Shown piece by piece: positions 25,966-38,931 of a stretch of DNA of 64,000 bases. Positions within the stretch are counted from its first letter, which is position 1, and each line of letters opens with the position of its first letter. The stretch comes from Chiloscyllium plagiosum (Eukaryota). The position numbers were made by a program, and so were the translations under genes. The notes under the pieces are model-generated. The model was not told where the DNA came from. It ran no database searches and worked only from the letters and a program-made list of their open reading frames with translations. Location: the NCBI RefSeq assembly GCF_004010195.1, contig NC_057756.1, forward strand, positions 8,938,320 through 9,002,319, read 5' to 3'.

Positions 25966-27309
25966 CTGATATCCAGCAGCAGACAGCAGAGTCAAAGAGT
26001 TTGAGGTCAAGTATGAAGTAAACCATTCTACAAAGAACAATTGGATAAAATATCAAAGCTATTGCTGCAATATTTTGTATTTAAACAGAGATACAACAAG
26101 TCGCTGGAGAGTGGTGACTCTTTGCGAATAACATGCAAAACAATACTTTCTACTTTTTTTTTACGTGACAATAAATCTAACCTAATATAAATTTAATCTA
26201 CAGCTGTTAATACCTTCTCCATCCCAATTAAAATTTATTCAAGTATAATACAATCTTCATCTCTGATATTCAGACCTCCCTCATCCTCCTCGACACTGAA
26301 TACAGATGCAAAGTACTTGCTTCAAACTTTATCACCTCTTCTCGTTCAAAATACAGTTTCCAACTTTGGCCTCTCCAGTGTTCTACTCTTTCCCTGGTTA
26401 TCTTCTTCGACCTAATGTTCCTAAAGGTGACTTTAGATTTACCTGTAATTTGCTTACCAATGTTATATCATGTGCCCTCTTGGTTTGCCTCTGTTCTGTT
26501 TAAGTAGCTCCTGCACTTATTCTCCTCTGGGAGACCTGGTGTTTTGAGTCCTTGATCTCTACCATAAGCTTCCATTTTATCCTAATCCAACCCTTTATAT
26601 TCTTCGACATCTAGGGTTCACTGCACGTTTTTCCCATCCTTCACTTTCACAGACATATTTTGGCCCAGTACTCTTACTATGTCCTTGTTGAAATACTCTC
26701 ACTGGTTGGATTTGGATTTTCCTCATGTCGTAGCTCCCAGCCTACTTTGCATGTTCTTATGCTAAAGTTTGCCTTCCCCGATTTAGAAGTGTTATTTTTG
26801 CTCTTTTTCATAACTACCTTAAATCTCACTGAGTTCTGATCACTAACACCAAAATACCCTCTGACTGACAGTTCCACTGCTTGCCCAGTTTCATTTCTGC
26901 AATCTAGACCAGCACTGTCCCCTCTCTTCTGGAATTTTCTGCTTGCTAGATTAAAAAGCCCTCTGAGATACATATTAAAAATCCTGCTTATACTAACACT
27001 TTCACGTTTTGCTTATTCCAGTTAATATTTGCAAAGCTTAAATACTCTGCTATTAGTATATCACTTTTACACTTTAAAATTAGCCTTCATATCTAGCCTG
27101 ACTGTTTGGGGACTATACTGCACCACCAGCAAGTGATGGTCTCCTTTTTGTTCTTAAGTTCTTTATACTAGATGAGCCAAAGTCCCCTTTTGTGCTGTTT
27201 GGGTGACTCAGGATGGCCTCAATTGAGGAAACTTTTCAATCAGCATTGACCCTGCCCCTGTCAGTCAGCATTGGCCCCGTTCATTGTCAATCAGCCCTGG
27301 CCCCACCTT

Positions 27310-27660
27310 CTATCAATCATATAATCCCTTCAATGCAGAAAGAGACGATTTGGCCCACTGCTTCCACACCGACACCCCCAAAGAGCATCCCACCCAAGCC
27401 CAGTTCCCAACCCTATCCGCGTAACCCCATATTCAACCCAGCTAATCCACCTCACCTACACATCCCGGCACTGTGGCTAATCTACCTAACTTGCACATCT
27501 TTGGACTGTGGGAGGAAACTGGAGCACCCAGACAAAACCCATGCAGACTTTTAGGAGAATGTGCAAATTCCACACATGTAATCACCCAAGGCTGGAATCA
27601 AATCCAGATCCCTGGCACTGTGACATTGCAGTGCTAATCACTGAGCCACTGTGCTGCCCT
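27310..27660 (-). mobile_element. HE1-like V-SINE
   Basis: Same family as 10000-10390. Confidence 0.75.
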
Positions 27661-28859
27661 AATTAGCACCTATTCCACCTCCTGTCAATCGTCACTGATC
27701 CCGCAGTCTGTCAATCAAAAGCAAGAAGTGATATAGAGTCAGAAAGTGTAGAAAGCATCTGGGTGGAGTTGAAGAACCATAAAGAAAATAAAACAATGAT
27801 GGTAGCTGTGTACAGGCCTCCTAGTAGTAGTCAGGATGTGGGGAAGAAAATAAATCCAGAGATGGAAAAGTCATGTAAGAAAGGCAGTGTTACAAGAACC
27901 AAGGGTGGGAGGGCTTCAGTCTGCAGATGGACTGGGAAAATCAGATTGAGAGTGGATCTCAAGAAAGGGAATTCATAGAATGTCTACAAGATGGTTGTTT
28001 GGAGCAACTAGTGTTCAGGGATGTGTGGGTCAGGTGTATTAAGTGTAGAGCAAAAAGGTAAGGGAATGGTTCTGGGTGGGTTACTCTTCAGAGGGTCGGG
28101 GTGTACTTGTTGGGTCAAAGGGCCTGTTTCCACACTACAGAGATTTGAGGGATCGGGTATTGAGCACTGGGTTGAGAATGTGGTGCTGGAAAAGTGCAGC
28201 TGGTCAGGCAGCATCCGAGGAGCAGGAGAATCGACGTTTCAGGCAAGAGCCCTTCATCAGAACTGAACTGGGATCAGGTTTCTGAGGAATACTATACTCA
28301 GAATTATGAGTCTGAGAGGGCATGGAGATGTTTCCACTCGTAGAAGAGGTTGGGACCTGAGATGAGGAGGAATTTCTTTAGTCAGAGGGTGGATCTGTGG
28401 AACTCCTTGCGGCAGAGGATGTGGAGGTGAAGTCACTGTGTGTATGTTAGACGGATATGGATAGGCTTTGAAGAAGGGTCATTAACTCTGCTTTCTCTTC
28501 ACAGGTGCTGCCAGCTGCTGAGCTTTTGCAGTAATATTTCTAACCTTTTTTGAAAAGGTAGGTTCTTGATTGGCAAGCAGAAAAACTGTCATGGGGATGA
28601 AACAAACTTGTTGGGCTGAATGGCCATATTTCTGCCCCAATATCTTACATTTAAAAGTGATTGTTGATTCAATCAGTCAAAAATCACACGATACTAGGCT
28701 AGTCCAGCAGGTTTCGGAGGAGCTCCGAAAGGTTGCAGTTTCAAATAAACCTGTTGGACTATAACCTGGTGTTGTGTAACTTTTAACATTAACAATCAGC
28801 ACGAACCATATCCTGTCCAATTCAGTCTCTGCTTTCTTTAAACATCTCCGGGCCCTTGT

Positions 28860-29169
28860 GATTGGCTCATATTACGCAAGCAGCTGGCACACTGACCAAC
28901 CAGGAGCCGGCTTCGCCGAAAGGGGGAATTTCAAAGCACGCAAGCAGCTGCGAAATGAGCCAGTTCTTCCTGGGTTTCAATCCTTTGTCGCAGCTCTCTC
29001 TCAGGGATCCAGCTCTGTGTCCTGAGGCTCCAGGATTACTCTCCTCTCCTCTCCTACGATCCAGGGGACCGCATGATCCCCTTGCATCTCCGGGATTCTC
29101 CTCTCTTTTGGGATCCCATTCCCAGTCCTGGATACAGTAAGGGCTGATTGTTCACTCTGTGCCCCGGAA
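28860..29169 (+). promoter_or_regulatory. candidate promoter/5' UTR of gene B
   Basis: CpG-richer unique sequence upstream of ATG 29170; ATTGG 28861, TTACGCAA 28872, NF-kB-like GGGAATTTCA 28924. Confidence 0.4.
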
Positions 29170-29190
29170 ATGGCTGGACAGGAACAGCAG
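29170..29190 (+). CDS. gene B exon 1 (MAGQEQQ)
   Basis: gaaATGg Kozak context; CAG|gtac donor, as in paralog A (16194); phase 0. Confidence 0.6.
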
Positions 29191-29382
29191 GTACCGAGTG
29201 AGGCTAGACGGTGAAGGGAGAGTGTGAGTGGAGCAAAAACGATTGGGAGACGGGGAAAGAGCGAGTGTGTGCTCGGTGATGTAGAGTCGGAGGGGGATTT
29301 GGGGGAGGAGGGAGAGGACAGGGAAAGAGTGGAGAGAGGCTTGTACGAGGGGGAAATAGCAGGCGCAAGAAAGATAAATCTA

Positions 29383-29810
29383 TAAAAGTTAAAAATCACA
29401 CAACACCAGGTTATAGTCCAACAGATTTAATTGGAAGCACTAGCTTTCGGAGCGACGTTCATTCGTCAGGTGATTGTGGAGGACTCTATCGTAACACAGA
29501 ATTTATCGCAAAATTTTGCAGTGTGATGTAACTGAAATTATACACTGAAAAATTGATTGTCTGTTAAGCCTTTCATCTGTTAGAATACAGTGATAGTTTC
29601 ACTTCTTTCATGTGTAAATCACAAAACCTTTTTTTTTAAAATTGCATTCTCGTTAGCTGTTAACAATGGGGATAGCTAGACAATATGTTGAAGGTGTTAG
29701 CTCCCCGTGTTCTCTGTCTATGACCTGATGTTTAGATTGATTCTAATCTAAAAAGTGAGATAACAGAGTTTTACGTACGTTCATGCAGTTTTTGAGCTCA
29801 GAGTTCTACA
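29383..29810 (-). mobile_element. Penelope-derived non-autonomous element in gene B intron 1 (degenerate hammerhead CTGACGA..GAAA-GC-TA on minus)
   Basis: Absent from the 114-nt intron of paralog A; shares its terminus with 8526, 14000, 28680 and 57175. Confidence 0.6.
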
Positions 29811-29840
29811 AAAGGGGCTAACTATGTTTTCCTGTTACAG

Positions 29841-29904
29841 GGACACAGCTCACAGAAACTACTCCCCCTGCTGCTGCTGCTAAATGTTGTTGCTGCTGTT
29901 TCAG
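29841..29904 (+). CDS. gene B exon 2, signal peptide (GHSSQKLLPLLLLLNVVAAVSG)
   Basis: ttttcctgttacag acceptor, G|gtcagt donor, phase 0-1, Leu-rich h-region. Confidence 0.85.
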
Positions 29905-31479
29905 GTCAGTGCTGTCACCGCTAGAACATTTCTGCAGTGATCAAAGGCTGGGGATGAGGGAAATTACTTTTAGCTGCTGCGTGGATTGCAAGTGGACCCA
30001 TTGGGGGGTGGAGTAGATACCATAGGTTCATGCTTCACACCAAGATCATGAGAGCTGAAAGGAAGGAACTTAATGTCTTCAGATGGTACTAGGATGGTAG
30101 ACTGGGAATCTGGTGGGCCTGTGATCGGTGACTGAATGCTGGCAACAGGTCGAAGAAATGCTATACGTTAAACAGAACTGAAATTTTTTGCTGTGTGTGG
30201 GGGGGTGGGGGAGGAAAGTGTCATCAGGACTGGGGATTGGACTTTAAATCCTGGGAAAGGGTGAAGTCTGACTGTATTGATGGAACTTTGTTCCACCATT
30301 CAAATGACATCATGACTGATCTGTAGTCCAAGTCCATTTACCTGCCTTTGGCCCATAACACTTGTACTTTTTGCTTAATAAAAAAATTCTCAGATTTTAA
30401 ATTAACAACTGATCCAGCATCCACTACCCTTAGTGCAAGAGAGTTCCAAACAATTACCACCCTTTTGTGTGTAGAAGTGCTTTCTAAGATCTCTGCTGAA
30501 CAGTCTAGCCCTAATAGTCAGACTGTGGCCCCTAGTTCTAGAATCCCCAACCAGCGGAACTGGTTTATTTATCAATCCAGTCTTTTACTGTTCATATCTT
30601 GAAGACTTTGGTCAGATTACCTCTTAACCTTCTAAATTCTGGAGAAAAAAAAAAATATATTCTCTCCTCGTAACTAGACCCTGAAGTTCAGGTATCAGTC
30701 ATGTAAACCTACAATTTGTACTCTCTCCAAGACCAACATATCCTTTCTAAGATGCAGTGCCAGATCTGCTTGCAGTACCCCAAGTGAAGTCTAACTAGGG
30801 TTTTGTACAATACAGCAAAACATCTGCATCCTTATCTGAACCAACAAGTTTGTTTTGGCATCCACTGTATTTGACTTCATACCATTGAGAAAGTACCTTA
30901 ACCTATCCTTTTCAGCCCAAAAGGAGAGGGGTAAAGTGTGACAGGTTGGTAACAGAGGGAGGTAAGATCCACATTTTGGGTTTCAGTCGATGGGTAGTTA
31001 CCCCTTTACATGGAATTTGATTTTGAATATGTAGCTGTTTATTTTAATTCACAGACCAAGTCAGTTGACCCTCAGTAGTCAACTGTTGCAGTCTTTAGTT
31101 TTATTTTAAAATAACTAAGTTTTGAGTACAGTTCATGTTTTTAAAAGCTATGAATTGGATTTTTTTTTTTTTTACAAGGCTGTTGCTGGGATTGGATGGT
31201 TTAAGCTATAGGGAGAGGCTGAATAAGCTGGGGCTTTTTTCTCTGGAGCATCAGAGGCTGAGGGGTGACCTTATAGAGATTTATAAAATCATGAGGGGCA
31301 TGGATAGGGTGAATAGCCAAGATCTATTTCCCAAGAGGGAAACTAGAGGGCATTGGTTTAAGATGAGAGGGGAAAGGTATAAAAGGACCTGAGGGCAACT
31401 TTTCATGCAGAGGGTGATGCTTGTATGGATATAATGTAGCAGCTGTGAATAATGGATAATTATTTTAAATCTCTTCTAG

Positions 31480-31824
31480 GTAACTCACCTTTCCCGGTTT
31501 CTGGGTACCTGAGGGAGCAGGTTGTGCTGCCCTGTACCTACAAAAGGAATGTCCCAGTCTCTGATTTACAGATAATCTGGGGGACACTTAAGAAGGAAAT
31601 TGTCCACAAGTTTGTGAATGGGAGCGATGATTTAAGAGAACAAGACCCACAGTTCAGAAACAGAACAAACCTGTTCAAAGATCAACTGGAACAAGGCAAC
31701 TGGTCAGTTCTGATCTCTGACCTCAGGGAGACAGACCAGGCCGAATATCAGTGTCAGATTTACAGCAGGATGGAGGATCACTTTCGATGGGAGGGAGTTG
31801 TTTCTGTCCATCTCTCTGTCACAG
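31480..31824 (+). CDS. gene B exon 3, B7/butyrophilin-type IgV domain 1
   Basis: VVLPCTY..IIW..QDPQFRNRTNLFKDQLEQGNWSVLISDLRETDQAEYQC; 345 nt, phase 1-1, canonical splice sites. Confidence 0.92.
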
Positions 31825-31959
31825 GTAAGAGATTTCTGTTCCTGATATGATGTTTAATCTCTGATTTTAAATGGTGCATTTTTTGTTGACTAGTCTGGAG
31901 TCTCAATACTTCTGCAGTTTGTTTCACACACTGTACTAAACACATGATGTTTCCTTTAG

Positions 31960-31998
31960 AGCGAGCTCCTACACCTGGACCGAACACACCTGTACTAG
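31960..31998 (+). CDS. gene B exon 4, Pro/Thr linker (ERAPTPGPNTPVL)
   Basis: 39 nt; ttcctttag acceptor and G|gtaagt donor; homologous exon at 63367-63405. Confidence 0.8.
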   Translation, partial: SELLHLDRTHLY

Positions 31999-32179
31999 GT
32001 AAGTCTATTTCTAAACTACTGCATGTGTTTTCAGCTCTTACATTGGATCATGCTGGATCGATTGGGAGGAATTTTGGAAGTTTTGAAATGGTATGTGATA
32101 TTTTTACAAGAATTACTTTGAGTGTGAGTGATGTGAGTCACTAACCTGGAATTGGTCCTTAAACTCCCTGCAATTGTTA

Positions 32180-32336
32180 AAAGCAAATTACTACGGATGC
32201 TGGAATCTGAAATCAAAACAGAAAATCTCAGCAGAAAGCTTTGACAAAGGGTGAGTTAGACTCGAAACGTCAGCTCTTTTCTCTCCTTGCAGATGCTGCC
32301 AGACATGCTGAGATTTTCCAGCATTTTCTCTTTTGG
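32180..32336. mobile_element. short Penelope-derived insertion with a decayed hammerhead
   Basis: 15-bp TSD tccctgcaattgtta (32165-32179, 32337-32351); ..gactcGAAACGTC. Confidence 0.7.
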
Positions 32337-32978
32337 TCCCTGCAATTGTTACTTATGTTTCTCAGACTCCCCTTCCTATCACTTTCAGATGTAGAATTCT
32401 GAGAATTCCTGCTTTCCTCAAGCAGTAGTGTTTCTAGAATTGTGTAGGGAGTCTCTGTATAATATGAATAAAACTCTTCTGTTAGGGAATCTGATGGGAT
32501 TGGGATTGATTCTGGTTATAATCAGTGGAGAGAAACACTGACTCACTCTTTGCACGTATGTTTACATATATGACGATGTATCTATTTAAAACCAATAACT
32601 GGAACTACCATCATAAATAACGTGTTACTGGAGTGTTAACTTTTTCAGACCATGGCTTGAATCCTAACATCTTGATGTTGAGGCAGAACAACAGGGTTGG
32701 AAAGTAAAGAAGGCAAGTCCTTTGCCTGGATTCCACAACCTCACAGGACCTTCTGTCAAATTTCTGTTGGTGTATTCAGTCACATGTACATCGATGGTGG
32801 AAACTCTCATCCCTAAGTAAATGCCATCCACAGACCATGGTGACAAGAACTAAAGAAGCAAGTAACTGATCAGAGCTTCATATAAATCCAGCATCACAGT
32901 GTAACCATGTGAAGTTTGGCATGTAATGTACCAGCAGGCAGGCTCTATCTGTGGATAAATCCTTTCAATCTTTTCCAG

Positions 32979-33323
32979 GTGACTGGCCTGTCCCAGTTTC
33001 TGGGTTCCTTGAGGAGCAGGTTGTGCTGCCCTGTATCTATAAAGGAAATGTCCCAGTCTCTGATTTACAGGTTATGTGGGGGACGTCCAGGAGTGAAATC
33101 GTACACAAGTTTGTGAATGGGAGCGATGATTTGAGAGAACAAGACCCACGGTTCAGAAACAGAACAAACCTGTTTAAAGATCAACTGGAACAAGGCAACT
33201 GGTCAGTTCTGATCTCTGACCTCAGGGAGACAGACCAGGATGAATACCAGTGTCAGATTTACAGGAAGGTAGCTGCTCACTTTGATTGGGAACAGACTGA
33301 ACATGTTCATCTCTCTGTAACAG
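32979..33323 (+). CDS. gene B exon 5, B7/butyrophilin-type IgV domain 2
   Basis: 345 nt, phase 1-1; both Cys, the Trp and D-x-x-x-Y-x-C are intact. Confidence 0.92.
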
Positions 33324-34079
33324 GTGAGCAGTGTCTGTTTCAAGTATTCTGTATTTAGTCTTTGGTTTTATGGTGATGGTATTGCAGGAACTACGTTACT
33401 AGATAACTAATCCAGAAACATGAACTAACCATCAGAGGAATCCTGCCATGTCATTTTTGGAAATTAAATTCAGTTTATTAAATAAAAATATGGAAGTAAG
33501 ATCCCAATAAACATGACCATGAAGCTGTTGAAACTGGTTCACTCATCCCTTTTGGGAAGGAAACCCGTTACCCTTAGCTGTTCTGATCTATGTGCGACTC
33601 CAGTCCATAATTAACCTGAGTGAGTTTTAACTGGACCCTGACTTGTTCAGATGCTTCAATCAAGCCACTGGATGGACTGGAAAAAAACTGAATGGACCAG
33701 TGGCTACAACCCAAGGACTGAATCAGGACACAACAAAGATACATACCCAGCCCAGTCAACATGGTAAAGAACATACACTAAAGCTGGGCTGTTGGATTTA
33801 ACTGAAGAGAGGCTGCTGCTGGTCATTGTCCAGTTCTCTCTATTGGAAAGCATGTATCCATCCCATTGTGGGCCATGTGTGTGTGTGTAAGGAGCTGTGG
33901 GATGGTCCTGTGTGTGTGTTTGTGACTATTGGGATCTAACCTCCCACATCCCTCCAGTACTAGAATTAACCAGAGATCAATTTGTATTGTGCTGGTTCTG
34001 AAAGACTAGGCGCTGAAGGTCTCTGCTGTTAGTTTTGTTTGTGTGTCCCAGTCTGTTAATGGCTTCATTCTGTCTCTAG

Positions 34080-34185
34080 GTCCTGGACTCTCCACTGGAC
34101 TAAGAGTTGGATTGGGAATCGGGATTGCTACTATTTTTATTGTAGCTGGAATTGTGGGTTACATTGTCCTCCAGCGACAAAGAAG
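34080..34185 (+). CDS. gene B exon 6, transmembrane (GPGLSTGLRVGLGIGIATIFIVAGIVGYIVLQRQR)
   Basis: tctctag acceptor, AG|gtgagt donor, phase 1-2, hydrophobic span followed by basic residues. Confidence 0.85.
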
Positions 34186-35874
34186 GTGAGTTGTGGAATG
34201 TTCCACTATTTCCATGGTAACCCTTTGATCTTTGTATAACATTGTGTGAAATGTTGCTGAGCTCTGTCCCTGCCCATTCCCTGAGCTGTGAGGATACAGC
34301 ATCCATTCACTTCCAGCTTGTCATCCTCTCACTGTTGAACAGTCTCTGTGGATTGAACTGGAGCAAATATTATCCCACTGGAAAACCAGAGAATATTTGA
34401 GGTGGTGCCACACAATAGGTTTTTGCACAAGATAAGGGCTAGTGGGATTGGGGGTAATACAGCCTGGATTGAGGATTGGTTAAGAGGAGAAGAACAAAAA
34501 TAGGCTATTGAACCCCCTGAATCTGCTTTGCTACTCTCTATCATGGTTAGTCATCAACATCAACACAGCATTCCTCTGATCTACCTATATCCCTTTGTCA
34601 TTAGTCTCTCAAAATCTGACGATCTGTTTTTGAAGTTGCTTTAATGGCAGACAGGTAGAGAATTGCAAAGATTCATCACCCTGAGTGAAGTTCCTCCTCA
34701 TCTCAGTCCTAAACATCTTCCATTTTCTTATTGTTTGTCAGTGTCCCAAGGTTCCAGACTCTACAGTTAGGAGACCCAAAATCCTTCCTGTGTCTATCAT
34801 CTATCACTTCTTCAGAAGTTTAAGTTTCCAAATATATCCTTTTCATTCTTCTCAGCACCAGGTAATATTGGCCCAAGCTCCTCCATCTACCCCCATATGC
34901 CAGTTCCACCATACCAGAAATCGGTCTGGTGAACCTCTGCTGCACTTTCTCAATGGCACTTCCTTAGGTAATGGGACTACAACTGTACACACTGTTCCCG
35001 GTGTGGTCTCACGAGTGTTGTATGCAATTGAAGCAAGGCATCCTGTTTGCTTTCTAAATTTCTTGCTATGCGTGCACATTAGCTTTCAATAAATTGTGAA
35101 CAAAGCTGTTTAGGTCCCTGGATATCAACACTTTCAAACCTCTCCATCATTCCTTAAATAGTCTGCACCTCCATTCTTCCTATCAAAGTGATTAATGGAC
35201 AGAAATGGAGTAGGAATATCTTTGTTTATTAATGAAACTGTATAGATCTGTTGGGAGGCCTCTCTATTCACAATCTACATCAATTGAGACTTGATGGGCT
35301 TCTTCTGTACTTTATGGTTCTATGGTCAGGGTAATATGTGCAAGTTTGCAGGTGGTGCAATTTTGGCTGGGAAGGTAAGCAGTATGGAGGGCAGAGACTG
35401 CAAAACTGATGTAGGCCCGTGACTGGGCAATGATGGTAGGAGATGGTGTATAGTTTTGTAAGTGTGAATGGTCAACTTTTGGAAAAATGGAAAAGTAATA
35501 TTTTTACAGTGGGAGGTCAGTGCATGGCATTCAAGGAGGATTTTTTACGCCAATTCCAGATAACTAGAGTCATAAATATTTGTTCAAGAACTGTTATAAG
35601 GATAGCCATGCAGGTACAGATTGAGTAGTGATGGAGAAGCTTCTGGGAATAATTATTTGGGATTGAAGTAGTAGTCATGTGGAAAAAGGTGTATTAATTG
35701 GGAAGAGTCAGCACTGACTACTTAAGGGGAAGTTATGCTTAACAATTCTGGAGTTTCTTTTTGAGGAGGTAAAAGAAAATGTTACTAAGAGTAATGCTAT
35801 TGATGTGGCATATGTTACATTCTAACAACTTGTAAGAATGTGTAATGTGTACTCTGCTGATCTCACTCTACTAG

Positions 35875-35935
35875 GAATTGTGATCAAAACCACTCCAGGC
35901 ATCAAAGCATCAGATGGTCTCTCTGTGAGAGGTGA
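35875..35935 (+). CDS. candidate terminal exon, copy 1 (RNCDQNHSRHQSIRWSLCER*)
   Basis: ctctactag acceptor, phase 2; paralogous to 38868. Confidence 0.45.
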
Positions 35936-38867
35936 CCTGTTCAGATCAAGCACGGAGCCTCGTGTCAACAACACCCGACCATCAGGATGGAGTGGCTAGG
36001 GGAACGTGGCTGTCCGACACTGATTTTTCACTGCACTGAACCTGGATTCCATATATTCACCAGCCTCTGGTTGTAGAAATTCCTTCTCATATCTGTTCTA
36101 AAGTGATGTCCCTTCACTCTGAGGCTGAGCCCTCAGGTCCTTGTCTCTCCTAATCATGGAAATGTCTCTGCCTCTAATTGTTCAAAATTGACACTCCAAC
36201 CAAAATGAAGCACTGAACGGTGATAGGAAACCTGTTCAGGTGAAGCACAGAGCCCTGTGCCAACAGCACCTGAGCATCAAGATGGAGCAGCTGGAGAACA
36301 AAACCTTCTGGGGAATAGGATTGTCCAGCACTAACTATGTTTCCACTGCAAACAGCCTGGCTCATGGAGGGGGGAAATCAGCCCAGTATTGTAGCCTTAT
36401 GGAAGGTGTTTGATACAGTGCCACACAATAGATTTGAGGAAAGTTATAGGTCATGGAATAAAAGGGACTTTAGCAACTTGGTTTCAGAATTGGCTGAGGG
36501 GAAATAAAAAGGAATAATTGTTAAAATGGATATTTTTCAGACTAGAGGAAGCTTTGTAGAAGTATTCCCAAGAGGCTGGTATTAGGACCCTTTTATCTTC
36601 CTGATACATTTCAAAGTTTGCATATGAGGCATAACTTGGAAGAATTATATACTGAGGATTGTGTAGAACTACAAAAGGACTTAGACAAATGGGTGGAGTG
36701 GCCAGATGGGTGGTAGACTGGGCCCAATGTAGAGAAGTATGAGATGATGCATGTTTGATCGGAAGACCATCAAAAGATAACATAAAATAGGGTGTACAAT
36801 TCTAAAAGGAGTTGCAGGAGCAACAGGTGGCCAGACAGATGGAGAACAAGGAGCAAGTGAGGACTGCAGGTGTTGGAGATCAGTCAAAGTGTGGTGATGG
36901 AAAAACACAGCTGGTCAGGCAGCATCTGAGGAGTAGGAGAGTCGATGTTTGATCAATGAGCTCTTCTTCACGATGAAGAGAGGAGTTAGTAAAACATCAT
37001 TCATAGGGGCATGGAGTGTCAGAAAAAATGTAATGTTGAACTTGTACAAGACACTTGAATAGAGGATAACAGGAGATCTGATAGAGGGTTTCAAAATCAC
37101 AAGCAGGTTTTACAGAGTAGAGAGGAAGAAAATGTTCCTGTTATAAAAGGATTGAGAATCAGAGCACAGGTTTAAAGTGCTTTTCAGAAGAAGCAAATGC
37201 AAACTGATTTTTAAAGGAAGTTTTCACGCGGCAAGTCTTAAAGTATGGAATGTGCTTTCCTGGCAGTGTGCTGAATAGGTTCCATTGAGGCATTCAAGAG
37301 AGTATTAGATAATTGAAACAATTTCTGCAAGGTAATGGGGGGGAGAAAGCAGGAGATTGGTACGAGATAATGATGCCCTCTTGAAGAGCTGGTGCAGACA
37401 CAATGGGCAGCACCTGAACCAGAGCCCGTCAGTGATAGTCCCAAGGTAACATGCAGGTGGTTAGGAAGATAAAGGGGACATTGGGCATTATTGGAAGAGG
37501 AAGATGTATTAGAGGACAAAATCTTGCTGTAAGTTACATACGGGATAGGTATGAGCAAATTAGAAAATTGTGAAGGATTGATCCCAATCCAAAGCAGGAT
37601 ATTTTTGCCTCAGTGTAAAACAAAAGTTCCCTAGACTCAGTCCTGGGATGAATGGGTTCAACAAAGGTGAGATTATTTAATGGAAATATAATATTCTGGG
37701 GGTCTTGAAGATAGATGCTGAGTGGCTGTTTCCCTCCTACCTGGATGGAATTCTGTATCTCAGATGGTTGTGGATGCTCTATTGGTCAATATATTTGGGG
37801 CTGAGAGCTAGATTTTTAAACTCTTGCCTTTGTTTTCATATTCCGTTTGTGGTTTATCTCTGCCTATCTGTAATGTCCTTTACTCACACAACTCCATTCC
37901 TCCTCTTTTTTTTCCATCAGTCCACCACAGACAGCTGTGCTTTCAGCTGTCTGGATGCTAGGGTCTGACATGTCCTCTTTTCTGAGTTTATCGGAATCCC
38001 ACTCCTGTGCTGTGATTCTCTTTATAAAAACCAAACACTGATCAAACTTAAATTTCTTTTCGTGTAACTTATGGTCGAGTTTAATTGTCCTTGTGAAGCA
38101 TTTCAGATGTTGTCTGTCAAAGGTGTTATTTAAGATCATAGGAGCAGAATTAGACAACTTGGCTCATCAGGTCTGCTCCACTTTGATATCATGGCTGATA
38201 TGTTTTGTATTACCATTCTGCCTTGTTCCATTAACCCTCTATCTCCTTGCTAATCAAAAGCCCATCTAACTCTGACTTAAAACCTACCCTCCACAGCTCT
38301 GTGGCATGCGTTTCACAGATTCACCATTCTCTGGCTAAAGAAATACCTTCTCATCTGAGTTTTAGGGGTTGTCCCTTCACTGAGGCATTGCCCTCTGGTC
38401 CTTGTCTTTCCTAATGACGGAAAAATCTTTTCCGCATCCAGGTTAAGTGCAACTTGATATTCAAACCTCTAGCGTTTTCAACACCCCCAACACTTAGTCT
38501 GGGCATCAGAGTATTCAGTGACTGGGAAGCCCATCTCCGGATTTCTTTGTTTCACTCAATATCCACATCTCTCTGCTCACCAACACCCAATATACATCCC
38601 TCACAGTGGGAGGAGGAACTATTGCAAGGTTCTCTCACTCTCCCTCCGCTGGCCCTCCCTCTATCAGACAGCACAGCTCTTAGTGTCCTAGCTCTTGCCC
38701 ATTGCCTCCTGTATAAGCCTCCTCTCATCTACCCTATCCTCTATCACCATGCTTTCATTGGTCCACAAGATGTTGTGTCCTTCAATACGGCTGTGCTCCT
38801 GAATAGCTCCTTTTAAATTTGACCAAAATGTTAGAGTGTAATATGCACTGTGGTTTTTCTCTCCTAG

Positions 38868-38931
38868 ACACTCCAGCAATCGAAATGAAGCATCGAATGG
38901 TGTCACTTTGAGGGGTGATTTGCGCAGGTGA
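38868..38931 (+). CDS. candidate terminal exon, copy 3 (RHSSNRNEASNGVTLRGDLRR*)
   Basis: Strong acceptor tttttctctcctag, phase 2. Confidence 0.55.
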
